Below, in pieces: positions 8,023-21,694 of a stretch of 64,000 nucleotides of DNA. The notes below the pieces were generated by a model. The model worked only from the letters and a program-made list of their open reading frames with translations. It was not told the DNA's origin and did not search any database. Position numbers and translations under genes: made by a program. Within the stretch, counting starts at the first letter, position 1, and every line of letters begins with the position of its first letter. Source of the DNA: Candidatus Hydrothermales bacterium (lineage in GTDB: Bacteria; Hydrothermota; Hydrothermia; Hydrothermales; JAJRUZ01); NCBI GenBank assembly GCA_039630575.1, contig JBCNUW010000001.1, positions 96,659 through 160,658 of the forward strand, in the 5' to 3' direction.

Positions 8023-10947
8023 TGGGTTAAAAAGGTTATTATTTTCAAAACCCAAGAGATTTTCCCTTTTTTGGATTCTGCTTTTTATATTTTCAAAAAT
8101 ATTAAGGTATCTTTCAAATAAATATTTAATTACTTCGTAGCTATCTATCTTCTTAAAGATCTTTATAAATTTTCTTATAACAATAAGATGTAAAAAAGGA
8201 ATGGGATATTTAAAGATCATTTCAAGAAACTTTTCTAATTCTTCAAAAGTTAGCCTTTTATCTTTTCTAACAAGCTTTAAGGATTGAATATATAGATTTT
8301 GCAATACCAAGTTTTTAGTTAAATCTTCAATTTCAGTTATACTAAAACTATTTATCAAACTTTCATCCTCTGACCCAAGAATAAGTAAAAAAAAGATGTA
8401 AGGGTCTTTTAAATAGGATAAGTTAATATATTTTGTTTCTATTTTATTTCCTTCATATAAAGTTTTAATTGAGTTGAAATAAAAAGAATAAAAAGAGTTA
8501 TAAAATCTCTGTGAAAAGGAAATCCCAATTTTATTGGACAATTTGAATAAATTTTCATTTTTAAAAATTAAACCTAAAAAACACTTTATCTTTTCAGATT
8601 CCATAACATTTTCATGGTTCATTTCCATAAAAGAAGATTTTTCAGCCTCCATTGATGCTTCTAAAGAATCTTCGAAGTTTCCGGTCCAGAATAGAAAGTC
8701 TGACAAATTTATTTTAAATTCTGAGTTAAAATAACCCTTTTTCAAAAGATCTCTTTCAGACCTTTTTAAGTATAAAAGAGCATCAAAAAATTTTCCTTCT
8801 CTCTTTGCGATTTCAGAATAGAGCAAATTTATTTTAGCTAAAGTTACTTCATTCATAACTTTAACATCCTGAAGAAATTTTCTGGCAGACTCAAAAATTC
8901 CCTTTTCAATATAGGATTTAGCTAAACTGAAATTAATTTCGTTCCATCTTGAGTCATTTTTGTCAGTCAAAAGTAAAGCTTTGTGTAAATTCGAAATAGC
9001 CTTTTCAAAATCTTTTGATAAATAAGAGTATATACCCTTAAGATAAAGATATTCTCCCATTTCAAGAGGTCTTATCTTGTGATTTTTTAGTACAACTTCT
9101 TCAATTTTTTCAAATATGAAAAAAGGGATAAAACCTGTGCCCTCCTTTAGGAATTTGTCTAAAGTCTTTAAGGAATATTCCCAAGCTATGTCATATTTTT
9201 TTGCTTTTAGTGATTGTATAAATAAAAAGTATGGATTATTTTCAGCCCAATCTGTATATTTAAGGGTATCTACAATCTCTTCGTGTAATTTGTTTTTAAT
9301 AGTGTCAGGTATAGAGTTATAAATAACTTCTCTAAGAAGAGGATTAATGAAATGTATAGTATTATTTTCTATTCTTAAAATATCCTTAGAAATAAGACCA
9401 ACTAAGCTTTTTTCTATTTTTTCTGAAAAATGTTTCGAAAGTGGAGAATCTAAATCTAACTCTACTATCAAGCTCAATATTTCAAGTAAATCTTTTTCAT
9501 ATATTGTTAATTCGTTAACTTGTGAAAGGGCAAAGCTCATTAGAGATAAAGGAAGCTCTTCTTTTCCTTCAAGATCTTTACCTTTCAACTTTAAACTTTT
9601 CAAGTACTGTGCTATAAATAGTGGTATACCACCAGTGATTGTTGCAATTTTATAAATTGTTTCAAACTTAACATTCGGATAATATTTAGAAACTAATTCC
9701 ATTACCTCATCTACATTTAGTGGTTTTAGATCAATCTTATAAATGTTTGTTAAATCTAAATTAACTGGAAGGGTTCTTGCAGTTAAAATTATAAATGTAC
9801 TATCAAGTTTATTTTTGATAAAGTTAATTAACTCAATCGAAAATGAATCAGCCCTATCTATGTCATCGAAAATTATAATTAACTTTCCTCTTTTTTTTGT
9901 TATTATTCTTAAAAAATCTAAAAAAAGATACTTTATTCTTTCACTTATATCTTTTTCTTCAGATGTTGAAGTTAATACATCCAAAAAAAATTCTATATAT
10001 CTTTTCAGAAATTTAAACTCTTCCTTACTCATTGAATTTACAAGAAAAGTTTTTAATGGATAAAATGGTTCATCTGTATAAACTTCACACCCCCTTAGTT
10101 TTATTATGAAATTTTTTTCCTTTAAATTTTTAACATAATTATCAAGAAAAAAGGTTTTCCCAACTCCTGCCTCACCTGTTAAAATAACAGATCTACTCTT
10201 TCCGGATTCTAAATCCTTTAAAAATTTATCAAATAACTCCTTTGCATCTTTTCTCTCAACAAAAGGAACATCAAAAATTCCAGGTTCATACATCTTGCTT
10301 CCTGAAATCAATGTATAAATTTCCATTTTTTCTGTCTTTCCTTTTAACCTAATATTGCCCAAATATTCAAATTCAAAAAATTCAAGTGAAGCTTCATATA
10401 TATCAAAAGAAACATATTTTTTATTTCCAAGATTAGTAGAGAGTCTTTGAGCAGTGTTAACACAGTCACCAAGCGCAGTCAAAGACATTCCTTCTCCAGG
10501 TTCAACTTCACCAAAAAAAGACCATCCAGAAGATATACCAATTCCGTAATCACACATTTCAGAAAGCTCACTTTTAATTAAATTTTCTATCTTAAAGGAA
10601 AAGTTTAAAACTTTAAAAACTAAATCTCTTTCGAATTCGTTATGACCAAAGATAAAAAGACCACCTTCATGAAAATTAAACTTTTCCAAAAAAGCGTCAT
10701 AGGATCTGGCTAATCTTTCTACTTCGTATAAAAAATTTGTAAATTTGTAAACTAAATTTAAATCTATTTTAACTTTCCATTTTAAAGTTACAAAAAGAGA
10801 AATAATATATTTTTTTCTTAAAATAAACGGGATTTTTGTTGGTCTTGTATCTTTAAGTTTTTGTCCACAATTAGTACAAAAATTGTATGAGTTTTTTAAA
10901 TTTACATTACATCTCTTACACTGAACTATTTCTATAGTACCATGCAT
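8005..10947 (-). CDS. Zn-ribbon / class III cyclase-like / STAND NTPase / TPR protein
   Basis: CKRC..CTNC; GIGISSG..TALGDCVNTAQRL..LKGK; Walker A GEAGVGKT, Walker B IIIFDD, GGIPLF; helical repeats at the C-terminus. Confidence 0.85.
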   Translation of the reverse strand: MHGTIEIVQCKRCNVNLKNSYNFCTNCGQKLKDTRPTKIPFILRKKYIISLFVTLKWKVKIDLNLVYKFTNFLYEVERLARSYDAFLEKFNFHEGGLFIFGHNEFERDLVFKVLNFSFKIENLIKSELSEMCDYGIGISSGWSFFGEVEPGEGMSLTALGDCVNTAQRLSTNLGNKKYVSFDIYEASLEFFEFEYLGNIRLKGKTEKMEIYTLISGSKMYEPGIFDVPFVERKDAKELFDKFLKDLESGKSRSVILTGEAGVGKTFFLDNYVKNLKEKNFIIKLRGCEVYTDEPFYPLKTFLVNSMSKEEFKFLKRYIEFFLDVLTSTSEEKDISERIKYLFLDFLRIITKKRGKLIIIFDDIDRADSFSIELINFIKNKLDSTFIILTARTLPVNLDLTNIYKIDLKPLNVDEVMELVSKYYPNVKFETIYKIATITGGIPLFIAQYLKSLKLKGKDLEGKEELPLSLMSFALSQVNELTIYEKDLLEILSLIVELDLDSPLSKHFSEKIEKSLVGLISKDILRIENNTIHFINPLLREVIYNSIPDTIKNKLHEEIVDTLKYTDWAENNPYFLFIQSLKAKKYDIAWEYSLKTLDKFLKEGTGFIPFFIFEKIEEVVLKNHKIRPLEMGEYLYLKGIYSYLSKDFEKAISNLHKALLLTDKNDSRWNEINFSLAKSYIEKGIFESARKFLQDVKVMNEVTLAKINLLYSEIAKREGKFFDALLYLKRSERDLLKKGYFNSEFKINLSDFLFWTGNFEDSLEASMEAEKSSFMEMNHENVMESEKIKCFLGLIFKNENLFKLSNKIGISFSQRFYNSFYSFYFNSIKTLYEGNKIETKYINLSYLKDPYIFFLLILGSEDESLINSFSITEIEDLTKNLVLQNLYIQSLKLVRKDKRLTFEELEKFLEMIFKYPIPFLHLIVIRKFIKIFKKIDSYEVIKYLFERYLNIFENIKSRIQKRENLLGFENNNLFNPSSLFS

Positions 10948-10950
10948 GTT

Positions 10951-13185
10951 TTAAAGTCTACGCATAGCCATAGAGGCAGCAAGTTTAACTTGTCCATCTG
11001 GATCATTTAAAAGTTTTTTCAAAAATTCCATAACCTTTTCAGACTTATGCCTTGATAAAATTCTAACAACTTCAACTCTTATCTCAGATGGAAACTTTGG
11101 TTTTTTTAAGAAAGTTTTGTCAAAAAGAATTTTTTCAATTATTGGATAAGCTTTATCAGGTATGTGTTTGATCAAAAAATTTATTGAAGGTATGATAAAT
11201 TCTCTTGATTCATCTTTATCAAGGGTATTTTTAATAAATTGATAAATTAAATCAACACTTTTAAATGTCCCAATTTTTAAAAGAGTTCTCAAACATTCAA
11301 GTTTTACATCCTTATTCTGTGTTTCCAAATAGACTTCTAATATATCATCTTCAACAGATGAAACATTATATTTTGTAAAGGTCTTTAGCACCTCTAATTT
11401 TGTACTGTCTTCTCCCATTTTCAATATTTTAATTAAAAGAGGTATACCTTCCTCATCTTTAACTTCTCCTAGAATAATTGCTACATCACGAAGATTTACA
11501 AATGATTTACTTTCAAGATCTCTATAAAATTCCCTTCTATACTCAGCTGGAAAATGAGACAGAATTTTAGCTATCCTCTTTTTTATTGTAATATTTTCCA
11601 TTTCAGGAAAAATCTCCTTAAGAGCTACAAATCCCTCTTTTCCCGCAGATAAAAATGCTTCTTCTATTTCCTTCTCTGTCTCATCATCCCATAATTGAGT
11701 TAAAAGTACTCTTGTTGAAAATTGAGTACCAATTTTCCCAAGTGCCCTTATAGCAACTTTTTTCTTTGATCCCGAATCTAATAAATCTCTAAATGCCTTC
11801 TGTATATCTTCAACAATCAATAAAAGATCTTTTTCTTTAGCAACCATAACAATCTTTTCTAGTCCTTCAATATATGAGAAAATCACAGCAGGATGTTCCT
11901 CTTCAAAAACTTTTATTTTCATTAAATTTATTATTTTTTCAACAGATCCTAGCTTTTCGGCTCTTAAAAAAGTAATTGCAAAAGAAATTAAAGCATCAAT
12001 TGCAGAAATCCTTTCATTTTCATTCTCATTTGTGAGTTTTTCTATAATGGGCTGAAGGAAAGATTCCATCTCTGAAGCAGCTATTCCACCTTCAAGCTCT
12101 CTTTCTAAAAACTTCAATTTTTTCTCTCCTGTTATTACAAGCTTTTTTTCTCTTGCTATCCTTTCAAGTAATTCAGTTTCTTTGTCTTCATGTGATTTTT
12201 TAGTTGTTGTATAAATTTTTCTTTTTTGGAGTATGTCCTTTAACATATCTGGCAACTCGCTTTCTCCTTCCTTTAATCCCGAAAAAAGCAATACAAGTTC
12301 TCTATCATCCATTTCATCAAGAATTTTTCTTATTGACTCCGCTATCTCTCTATACTTTTCAGATTCCTCTATAAACCTTATTTTAAGAGCTGGAGATAAA
12401 ATTTTTAGTATATGTGTAATAACAAGAGAAAAATTATGTGAACCATCTTCTCCGTATTTTTCTATTAAATAGTGAGCAACAATTTTTAAAGCTGAAATTA
12501 AGTCCTTAACCTTTAAACTATCAAATTCTTTTTTTAAATTTAGACCCATCATATCTAAAAAAATATCTTTTACTAACTCCTCCTTTTCAATATCTTGTAA
12601 CTTATTATATTCTCTTAAAAAACCGTCAAATTTATCTTGAACCTCTTTACTTAATATTTTCTCTTCTTCTTTTTTAATTTCCGAAACAACTTTAGATAAA
12701 TGATCCTTTTCTTCTAAAGTCAAATCTAATTTTAATTCTCTTTCTGTAGAACTTAATTTGAACTTTACCTCATTTAATCTAATCCTTTCAACATTTCTCT
12801 GCAGAAGTAGTTCAGATGGGTCTTTAACCTCTAAGAACTTTTTTAAAGGTAAAGTAAAAATTTCAAAGAAAATTCTTAGATCATCCTGAATTACATCCCT
12901 GTCAATCGAAATACTTTCAATTTTAAGTCTAAAGAAATGTTTCGCCATAGATTGAATAGCTGGAATTTTGCTTATATCAATCCTTGTATCTTCAAAAAGT
13001 ATGATATTTTCAAAGAAATAAACGGATATTGTGTTATACTTTAATGGGAATTTTTTAATTATCTCGAGAACCTGCTCAGCTGCTTTATTGAAAGCAGGGT
13101 GCCCTGCTGGGTACATCTTTGAATATGTTAACCCTACTCCTATCTGTTTTAAAAGTTCAATTACTAAGGATTCTATCTGTAACAT
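10951..13185 (-). CDS. HEAT-repeat protein with N-terminal YPxGHP domain
   Basis: MYPAGHP near the N-terminus; HEAT-like repeats (AIRALGKIG, AIILGEVKDEEGIPLLIKIL, LLNDPDGQVKLAASMAM). Confidence 0.75.
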   Translation of the reverse strand: MLQIESLVIELLKQIGVGLTYSKMYPAGHPAFNKAAEQVLEIIKKFPLKYNTISVYFFENIILFEDTRIDISKIPAIQSMAKHFFRLKIESISIDRDVIQDDLRIFFEIFTLPLKKFLEVKDPSELLLQRNVERIRLNEVKFKLSSTERELKLDLTLEEKDHLSKVVSEIKKEEEKILSKEVQDKFDGFLREYNKLQDIEKEELVKDIFLDMMGLNLKKEFDSLKVKDLISALKIVAHYLIEKYGEDGSHNFSLVITHILKILSPALKIRFIEESEKYREIAESIRKILDEMDDRELVLLFSGLKEGESELPDMLKDILQKRKIYTTTKKSHEDKETELLERIAREKKLVITGEKKLKFLERELEGGIAASEMESFLQPIIEKLTNENENERISAIDALISFAITFLRAEKLGSVEKIINLMKIKVFEEEHPAVIFSYIEGLEKIVMVAKEKDLLLIVEDIQKAFRDLLDSGSKKKVAIRALGKIGTQFSTRVLLTQLWDDETEKEIEEAFLSAGKEGFVALKEIFPEMENITIKKRIAKILSHFPAEYRREFYRDLESKSFVNLRDVAIILGEVKDEEGIPLLIKILKMGEDSTKLEVLKTFTKYNVSSVEDDILEVYLETQNKDVKLECLRTLLKIGTFKSVDLIYQFIKNTLDKDESREFIIPSINFLIKHIPDKAYPIIEKILFDKTFLKKPKFPSEIRVEVVRILSRHKSEKVMEFLKKLLNDPDGQVKLAASMAMRRL

Positions 13186-13792
13186 TTAAAGTTTCCTCCT
13201 TTAAAAGATAAAAATCTATATTTTGAACTACTTTTTTCTCATATAAGTTTTTTGGAAAAACTTTCTCAATTTCACCAAGTAAAACTATCTCATCTTTACT
13301 TATTAATGATTTTAAATAATTAATCATACTAATCAATTCAGAAGAGATAATTATATAGGATTTTTCTCCTAATCTTAGAGGATAAACAAGGCATCTCTCA
13401 TATATACCTATCATCTTCATTCTAATATCTTTTCTTATAACATCTGAATTAAAAAATTCTCTAACATCAATCAAAAAATTTATAAATTCATTAATATCGA
13501 GACTTTTACCAAGTCCAAATATAATCTCAATTTCATCACCTATGTATTGATTTACATAACCTCCATTTTTTTCAGCTATCATTTTTAAATTTGAAAATAA
13601 AAGAGAAAGATTAGATCTTAATTCAAAAAGTTCAATTCTCTCAGTTAAATTGGTAAAACCTATAATATCCATCCTGAAAACAAGAACATCTACTTCTATA
13701 GGTCCTTTCTTGATATAAAATCCGCAACTCTGACAAAAATTTCCATTACTATCAATTCGAGAACCACACTTTAGACAAATCTCACTTAGCAT
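13157..13792 (-). CDS. Zn-ribbon plus class III nucleotide cyclase half-domain
   Basis: CLKC..CQSC; FRMDIIGFT (D42) and YIGDEI (D86); C-terminal half degenerate. Confidence 0.75.
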   Translation of the reverse strand: MLSEICLKCGSRIDSNGNFCQSCGFYIKKGPIEVDVLVFRMDIIGFTNLTERIELFELRSNLSLLFSNLKMIAEKNGGYVNQYIGDEIEIIFGLGKSLDINEFINFLIDVREFFNSDVIRKDIRMKMIGIYERCLVYPLRLGEKSYIIISSELISMINYLKSLISKDEIVLLGEIEKVFPKNLYEKKVVQNIDFYLLKEETLNVTDRILSN

Positions 13793-13900
13793 TTTTACTA
13801 TATTTTAAAGATTTTGCTTTAAAAATTCAACTCCTTTTGAAGAAAGGTTCAAAAACAAAATAAAAAATTAAAAAAAGGAAAATAATAATATAGAAGAGTT

Positions 13901-15772
13901 TCATTTTTCACCTCTTTTTGAAATAATAGCTATTAAACCACCAACAAAAATTAAAAAAGTTCCAATCCAAACAAGTTGAATTAGAGGATTGTAAAAAAAT
14001 TGAACATAAACAGTTTTATCTTCCTCCCAACCTTGTATTACAGCGTAAATATCACCATATAAAAGAGGTAAAACATCCATCTCTGCTGAGGGTTGTTCCC
14101 AGTTATGATAAAACCTTAAAGCAGGATAAAGCTCTCCCTCTAATTTACCTTTATTTTTTATTAAGAATTTACCTTTAACTTCGTCATAATTATGTCCAGA
14201 ACCGAAAGTAAGTCCCTCATATTCTATTTCAAAATTTTTGAATTTTACTTTTTCACCTGTTTTAAATTTCATTTCTTTTTGTTCCTTAAATCCATAAGAG
14301 GATATTATGCCTATTGCTGATATAACTATTCCTAAATGAATTAAAAAGGGACCTGTTTTACTTATTAAAAATTTTACTTTATTTATTTCTTTAAAATAGT
14401 AATACAAATTTGATAAAAAGGCGAAGGAGGATAAACCGTAGCCAAGCACAGCTCCAGGATGACGGGAAATTTTAATAAAAACAATAGAAGAAATAATTAC
14501 GCTTATAAGTAAGGAGAGAAAAAGAAAAATCCTTGATGGATTTTTATAAGTGTAAATGAAAATACCAAGAAGCAAAAGGATTAAAAGAAAAAAAGGACCA
14601 GTTGATTTAACAAAAAATAAAGACGAAACAGTTATTTTTTGACCTGTGAAGAGCTCTGAAATTATAGGAAAAAATGTGCCGAATAGTGTTATCAGAGCGA
14701 TTGCTATAAGAGAAAAAACAAATATCAAAATAAAGCCTTCTAATCCCAAAAAATTAAACCTTTCACTCTCTTTTGAAAATTTATTCTTGAATTTAATAAC
14801 AGCTAAAATTAGAAAAGAAAGATTTATAAAAACAAAAGCTCCAAAATAAGGTCCTATTTCACTTTCAGCAAAGGCATGAACAGAAGATAAAACTCCGCTC
14901 CTTGTGATATAAGTTCCTGTTAAAACAAGCACAAAAGTTATTATAATTAAGGAAAGATTCCATAACTTTAAAGTACTTTTTGTTTCTTGAATAAAAAGAG
15001 TATGAACAAAAGCTGTAGATGTTAACCATGGTAAAAAGGAGGCATTTTCTACAGGATCCCATGCCCAGTAACCTCCCCAACCAAGCTCAATATAGGCCCA
15101 CCTACCTCCAACTACAATTCCAATTGATAAAAATAGCCACGAAATTAACGTCCATTTTCTAATCTCCAAACCCCAATCCTTTCGTTCGCCTTTTATAAAA
15201 ATAGCAACAGCATAGCCTAAAGGTATTGCAAAACCCACATATCCTAGATAAATTGCAACAGGGTGAACTAACATCCACACATTTTGAAGAAGTGGATTTA
15301 AACCCTTACCATCAGGAGGAGAAAAAGGAAGTGTTTTAAAAGGATTGGTAAAAAAGAGAGTTATAAATATAAAGAAAAGGTTTATTATAGAAATTACAGC
15401 ATAAGAAATAATTCTGTGGAAATTTTCATTTTTGACTGAAAACATGTAAACAAGAAAGTATATAGATAGTATCAAAATCCAAAAGAGCATAGAACCATCC
15501 ATACCAGCCCAGAAGGCTGAGAATTTATAAATAAAAGGCAAGTTTCTTGATGTATAATTTGCTACATATAAGACTCTAAAATCAGAAGATAAAAGAAGAT
15601 ACCAAAGGATAATAGAGGAGAGAATTACAAATATTGATCCTAAAACAACAGCTCTTTTTCCAGCTTCAACAAATACATTATCCTTTTTTATAAAAAAATA
15701 AATAAATAAAAATGAGGATAACAAAAAACAAATAAAAGAACCAGTTAATGCAGAGTATCCAAGATCTGCCAT
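13901..15772 (-). CDS. ccmF: Cytochrome c heme lyase CcmF/NrfE
   Basis: WGGYWAWDPVENAS (WWD domain), GLNPLLQN..HP, TRSGVLSSVHAFA. Confidence 0.93.
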   Translation of the reverse strand: MADLGYSALTGSFICFLLSSFLFIYFFIKKDNVFVEAGKRAVVLGSIFVILSSIILWYLLLSSDFRVLYVANYTSRNLPFIYKFSAFWAGMDGSMLFWILILSIYFLVYMFSVKNENFHRIISYAVISIINLFFIFITLFFTNPFKTLPFSPPDGKGLNPLLQNVWMLVHPVAIYLGYVGFAIPLGYAVAIFIKGERKDWGLEIRKWTLISWLFLSIGIVVGGRWAYIELGWGGYWAWDPVENASFLPWLTSTAFVHTLFIQETKSTLKLWNLSLIIITFVLVLTGTYITRSGVLSSVHAFAESEIGPYFGAFVFINLSFLILAVIKFKNKFSKESERFNFLGLEGFILIFVFSLIAIALITLFGTFFPIISELFTGQKITVSSLFFVKSTGPFFLLILLLLGIFIYTYKNPSRIFLFLSLLISVIISSIVFIKISRHPGAVLGYGLSSFAFLSNLYYYFKEINKVKFLISKTGPFLIHLGIVISAIGIISSYGFKEQKEMKFKTGEKVKFKNFEIEYEGLTFGSGHNYDEVKGKFLIKNKGKLEGELYPALRFYHNWEQPSAEMDVLPLLYGDIYAVIQGWEEDKTVYVQFFYNPLIQLVWIGTFLIFVGGLIAIISKRGEK

Positions 15773-15824
15773 AAATTAATTATAAATTCTTTTTAGAATT
15801 AAATTCAATATAAAAAAATATAAT

Positions 15825-16790
15825 TTAAAAATTTTCAGCTATGTAACTTTCTGCCATCATGGCAGCAATTGCTCCATCAGATGATGCTGTTACAGCCTGT
15901 CTTAAGGAAGTTGATCTTACATCACCTGCTGCATAGATACCCGGTATATCTGTTTCCATTTTTTGGTTTGTTATCACTCCCTTTCTTTCATCAAGTTTTG
16001 TTAAACCTTCTAAAATTTCAGAGTTAGGAGAAAGTCCAATAAAAATAAAAACTGCCTGGCAGGGTAGTTCTCTTACTTCGTTTGTTTTAAGGTTTCGTAA
16101 AACTACTCCTTCTACTTTTTTTTCTCCTTTGATTTCTTCTACAACTGTATCTAATATAAAATTAATTTTTGGATTATTTTTTGCCCTTTCAACATAAATT
16201 TTTTGAGCCCTAAACTTATCTCTTCTGTGAACTATATAAACTTTTTTTCCAAATCTTGTTAAGAATAAACCTTCGGTAATAGCTGAGTCACCGCCACCAA
16301 CAACTACTATTTCTTTATCTTTAAAAAATGGACCATCACAAACAGCACAATTTGAAACACCTTTTCCCATCAGTTCATTTTCCCCCTTTACCCCAAGTTT
16401 TTTATGATGAGCTCCTGTGGCAACTATAACAGCCTTTGAAATCCATTCTCCTCCATCTGTTATCACCTTTTTAAAACCCTTATCGAGAAGTTCTATTTTT
16501 ATAGCTCTTTCCCTAACTATTTTAGTACCAAAATTTTCTGCATGTTTTTTTAAAAGGTTTATAAGATCATTTGCTTTTATCCCATCAGGAAAACCGGGAT
16601 AATCCTCTATATATTCAGTTAGAGAAAGTTGTCCCCCGATCACATCTTTTTCCAAAATTACAGTATCTAATAAAGCTCTTGAAGAATACATACCTGCAGT
16701 TAAACCAGCTGGACCTGCTCCTATTATAATGACATCTACTTCCCTCTTTTTAATCTCCTCAAAACTTTCCCCGAACTTTATTTCTATCAT
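15825..16790 (-). CDS. trxB: Thioredoxin reductase
   Basis: GAGPAG, CAVCDG, VGGGDSA, GIYAAGD. Confidence 0.95.
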   Translation of the reverse strand: MIEIKFGESFEEIKKREVDVIIIGAGPAGLTAGMYSSRALLDTVILEKDVIGGQLSLTEYIEDYPGFPDGIKANDLINLLKKHAENFGTKIVRERAIKIELLDKGFKKVITDGGEWISKAVIVATGAHHKKLGVKGENELMGKGVSNCAVCDGPFFKDKEIVVVGGGDSAITEGLFLTRFGKKVYIVHRRDKFRAQKIYVERAKNNPKINFILDTVVEEIKGEKKVEGVVLRNLKTNEVRELPCQAVFIFIGLSPNSEILEGLTKLDERKGVITNQKMETDIPGIYAAGDVRSTSLRQAVTASSDGAIAAMMAESYIAENF

Positions 16791-16793
16791 CCT

Positions 16794-17789
16794 TTAACCT
16801 CCTTTGATTTGAAAAGGATACTTAGTATAGGGATCAAAGAATTCATTTTTAACTTTTTTGTTTTTAAATAAATAATAAGCTCTCACCCCTATCATAACTG
16901 CGTTGTCACCACAAAATTCTTTTTCAGGGAGTAAAACTTCACCAAGGTTTTCCCTCAGAAGCGTTCTTAGCCTATTATTTACTGCTACTCCTCCTACAAC
17001 TGAAACTCTTAGATCTTTAATATCTAAAAGAATTATCGCTTCCTTCAATTTATCTAAAAGATGTGTAAAGACAGTTTCTTGAAAAGATGCTGCAATATGA
17101 GGTTTTAAATTCTCAAATTCATTTTCTCCTATTTTTTCAATAAATCTTATAAGAGAGGTTTTCAAACCACTGAAGCTGAATGTAAAAGGCTTAGTCTGGG
17201 GTAGAGGAAATTTAAAAAAGTTTTTATCACCCCTTTCAGCAAGTTCTTCAAGTCTTTTCGCTCCAGGATATTTAAAACCAAAGAGCCTTGCAGCCTTATC
17301 AAGACACTCACCACCAGCATCATCAAGTGTTCCCCCAAGATAAACAATTTCATCTATATCCTTTATTAAAAAAAGCTCTGTATGTCCACCTGAAACAAGA
17401 AGGGATAGAACGGGAAATTCAAGTTCCTTATTTATGAATATAGAAAATAAGTGACCTTCAAGGTGATCAACTCCATAAAAAGGAATTGATAAAGAATTAG
17501 CAATAGACTTTCCAAATACAAACCCTACCAGTAAAGATCCAATTAAACCTGGTCCTTGAGTAGCAGTAACAATATTAACATCCTTTAAGTCTATCTCGGC
17601 AACTTCAAGTGCAAGCTTTAATGAAGGCACTATTATTTCCATATGTGTCCTTGATGAAAATTCAGGCATTACACCACCAAAATCTATTCCTGAAATATGA
17701 GACGAGAGAATATGGGACTTTACTTTTTTATTTTCTAACACTGCTACAGAGGTTTCATCACAAGAGGTTTCAAAAGAAAGAATAAACAT
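16794..17789 (-). CDS. tsaD: tRNA t6A transferase subunit TsaD
   Basis: ETSCDET, GPGL, HLEGH, VSGGHT, TLDDA.GE..DK, FSFSGLKT, DNAVMI. Confidence 0.95.
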   Translation of the reverse strand: MFILSFETSCDETSVAVLENKKVKSHILSSHISGIDFGGVMPEFSSRTHMEIIVPSLKLALEVAEIDLKDVNIVTATQGPGLIGSLLVGFVFGKSIANSLSIPFYGVDHLEGHLFSIFINKELEFPVLSLLVSGGHTELFLIKDIDEIVYLGGTLDDAGGECLDKAARLFGFKYPGAKRLEELAERGDKNFFKFPLPQTKPFTFSFSGLKTSLIRFIEKIGENEFENLKPHIAASFQETVFTHLLDKLKEAIILLDIKDLRVSVVGGVAVNNRLRTLLRENLGEVLLPEKEFCGDNAVMIGVRAYYLFKNKKVKNEFFDPYTKYPFQIKGG

Positions 17790-17844
17790 TTATAAATATA
17801 AATCTTAAATTTTGAAAAATCAATACTTATAGTATAATTAATTC

Positions 17845-18804
<960 letters not shown>

Positions 18805-18805
18805 A

Positions 18806-20994
<2,189 letters not shown>

Positions 20995-20998
20995 AATA

Positions 20999-21024
20999 AA
21001 AAGGGGGGATTTTATCCCCCCTTT
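20999..21024. terminator. Bidirectional intrinsic terminator between gyrB and pilin
   Basis: G-run/C-run hairpin with a short loop, flanked by A and T tracts, between convergent genes. Confidence 0.8.
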
Positions 21025-21048
21025 GTCTCAGCAAGATTTTATAAAATA

Positions 21049-21627
21049 TTACTGACCTGATGTAAGAACTATTGGAATATTTCTCTTAGAACCAAAACCA
21101 CCGATTGCATAACCTGAAGCTGCTTGTCCTGCTGCAGGTGTCCATTGTGCCGGGTTGTTTGGGTCAAGATCATATGAACCATACTGAATCATTCCAGCAT
21201 TAGCAGCATTGTAAGCTGGGTCAAAAACACCATTTCTATCGTTATCAACACCTCCAGGACCACTTTGAAAAGCATTTGTAGCAGCTCTAACAGGATTGTG
21301 AAAATCTACAGGCAGCAAAATTGGTCCAGTGGTAGTAGGCCTAAGACCAGATGCAGCTCCAGCCACTGATGTATTGTCACCCACTGGAGGGAGTCCTACA
21401 GCTTGCCTTGCTTGATCAACAGTAATAGCAAAATTTTGTGGATAAAATCCTTCTGTAGAGGTTGAGAATGCTTCTGCAGCTGTTTGTGAAGTTTTCATAT
21501 TACTCTGAACAGAAGCATCTTTTGCCTTTCCTACCATAGCAATGAAGTTGGGTATAGCTATAGCAGCAAGAATACCAATGATTACTACTACGATGAGTAG
21601 CTCTATTAAGGTAAAGCCTTTCTTCAT
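21049..21627 (-). CDS. Type IV major pilin-like protein
   Basis: MKKG|FTLIELLIVVVIIGILAAIAIPNF class III signal peptide; strong GGAGG RBS; own promoter and terminator. Confidence 0.88.
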   Translation of the reverse strand: MKKGFTLIELLIVVVIIGILAAIAIPNFIAMVGKAKDASVQSNMKTSQTAAEAFSTSTEGFYPQNFAITVDQARQAVGLPPVGDNTSVAGAASGLRPTTTGPILLPVDFHNPVRAATNAFQSGPGGVDNDRNGVFDPAYNAANAGMIQYGSYDLDPNNPAQWTPAAGQAASGYAIGGFGSKRNIPIVLTSGQ

Positions 21628-21654
21628 TTTATTTTACCTCCCTTAATTTACTTT

Positions 21655-21667
21655 GGGATTTGAACCC
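21655..21667 (-). promoter_or_regulatory. T-arm-like leader hairpin, copy 2
   Basis: Minus strand GGG-TTCAAAT-CCC, 27 nt before the pilin ATG. Confidence 0.6.
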
Positions 21668-21694
21668 TATATTCAACTTTTTTTAATTTTTTAT

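Noticed and set aside
8005..10947. Avs-type antiphage STAND
   Set aside because: There is no nuclease, TIR or SIR2 effector and no defence-island context. The architecture fits cyclase-associated signalling STANDs, though a defence role is not excluded.
13845..13856. Sixth T-arm motif (GGTTCAAAAAC)
   Set aside because: It lacks the TCC stem half and is on the wrong strand for the neighbouring gene.
17790..17844. oriC near recF-gyrB
   Set aside because: No dnaA or dnaN and no TTATCCACA boxes were seen; the gap is filled by divergent promoters.
21049..21627. Electrically conductive pilin (e-pilin)
   Set aside because: The N-terminus resembles Geobacter PilA, but it is a long pilin with about 15 F/Y/W in 188 residues and a 42-aa aromatic-free gap, so it fails the usual heuristics.
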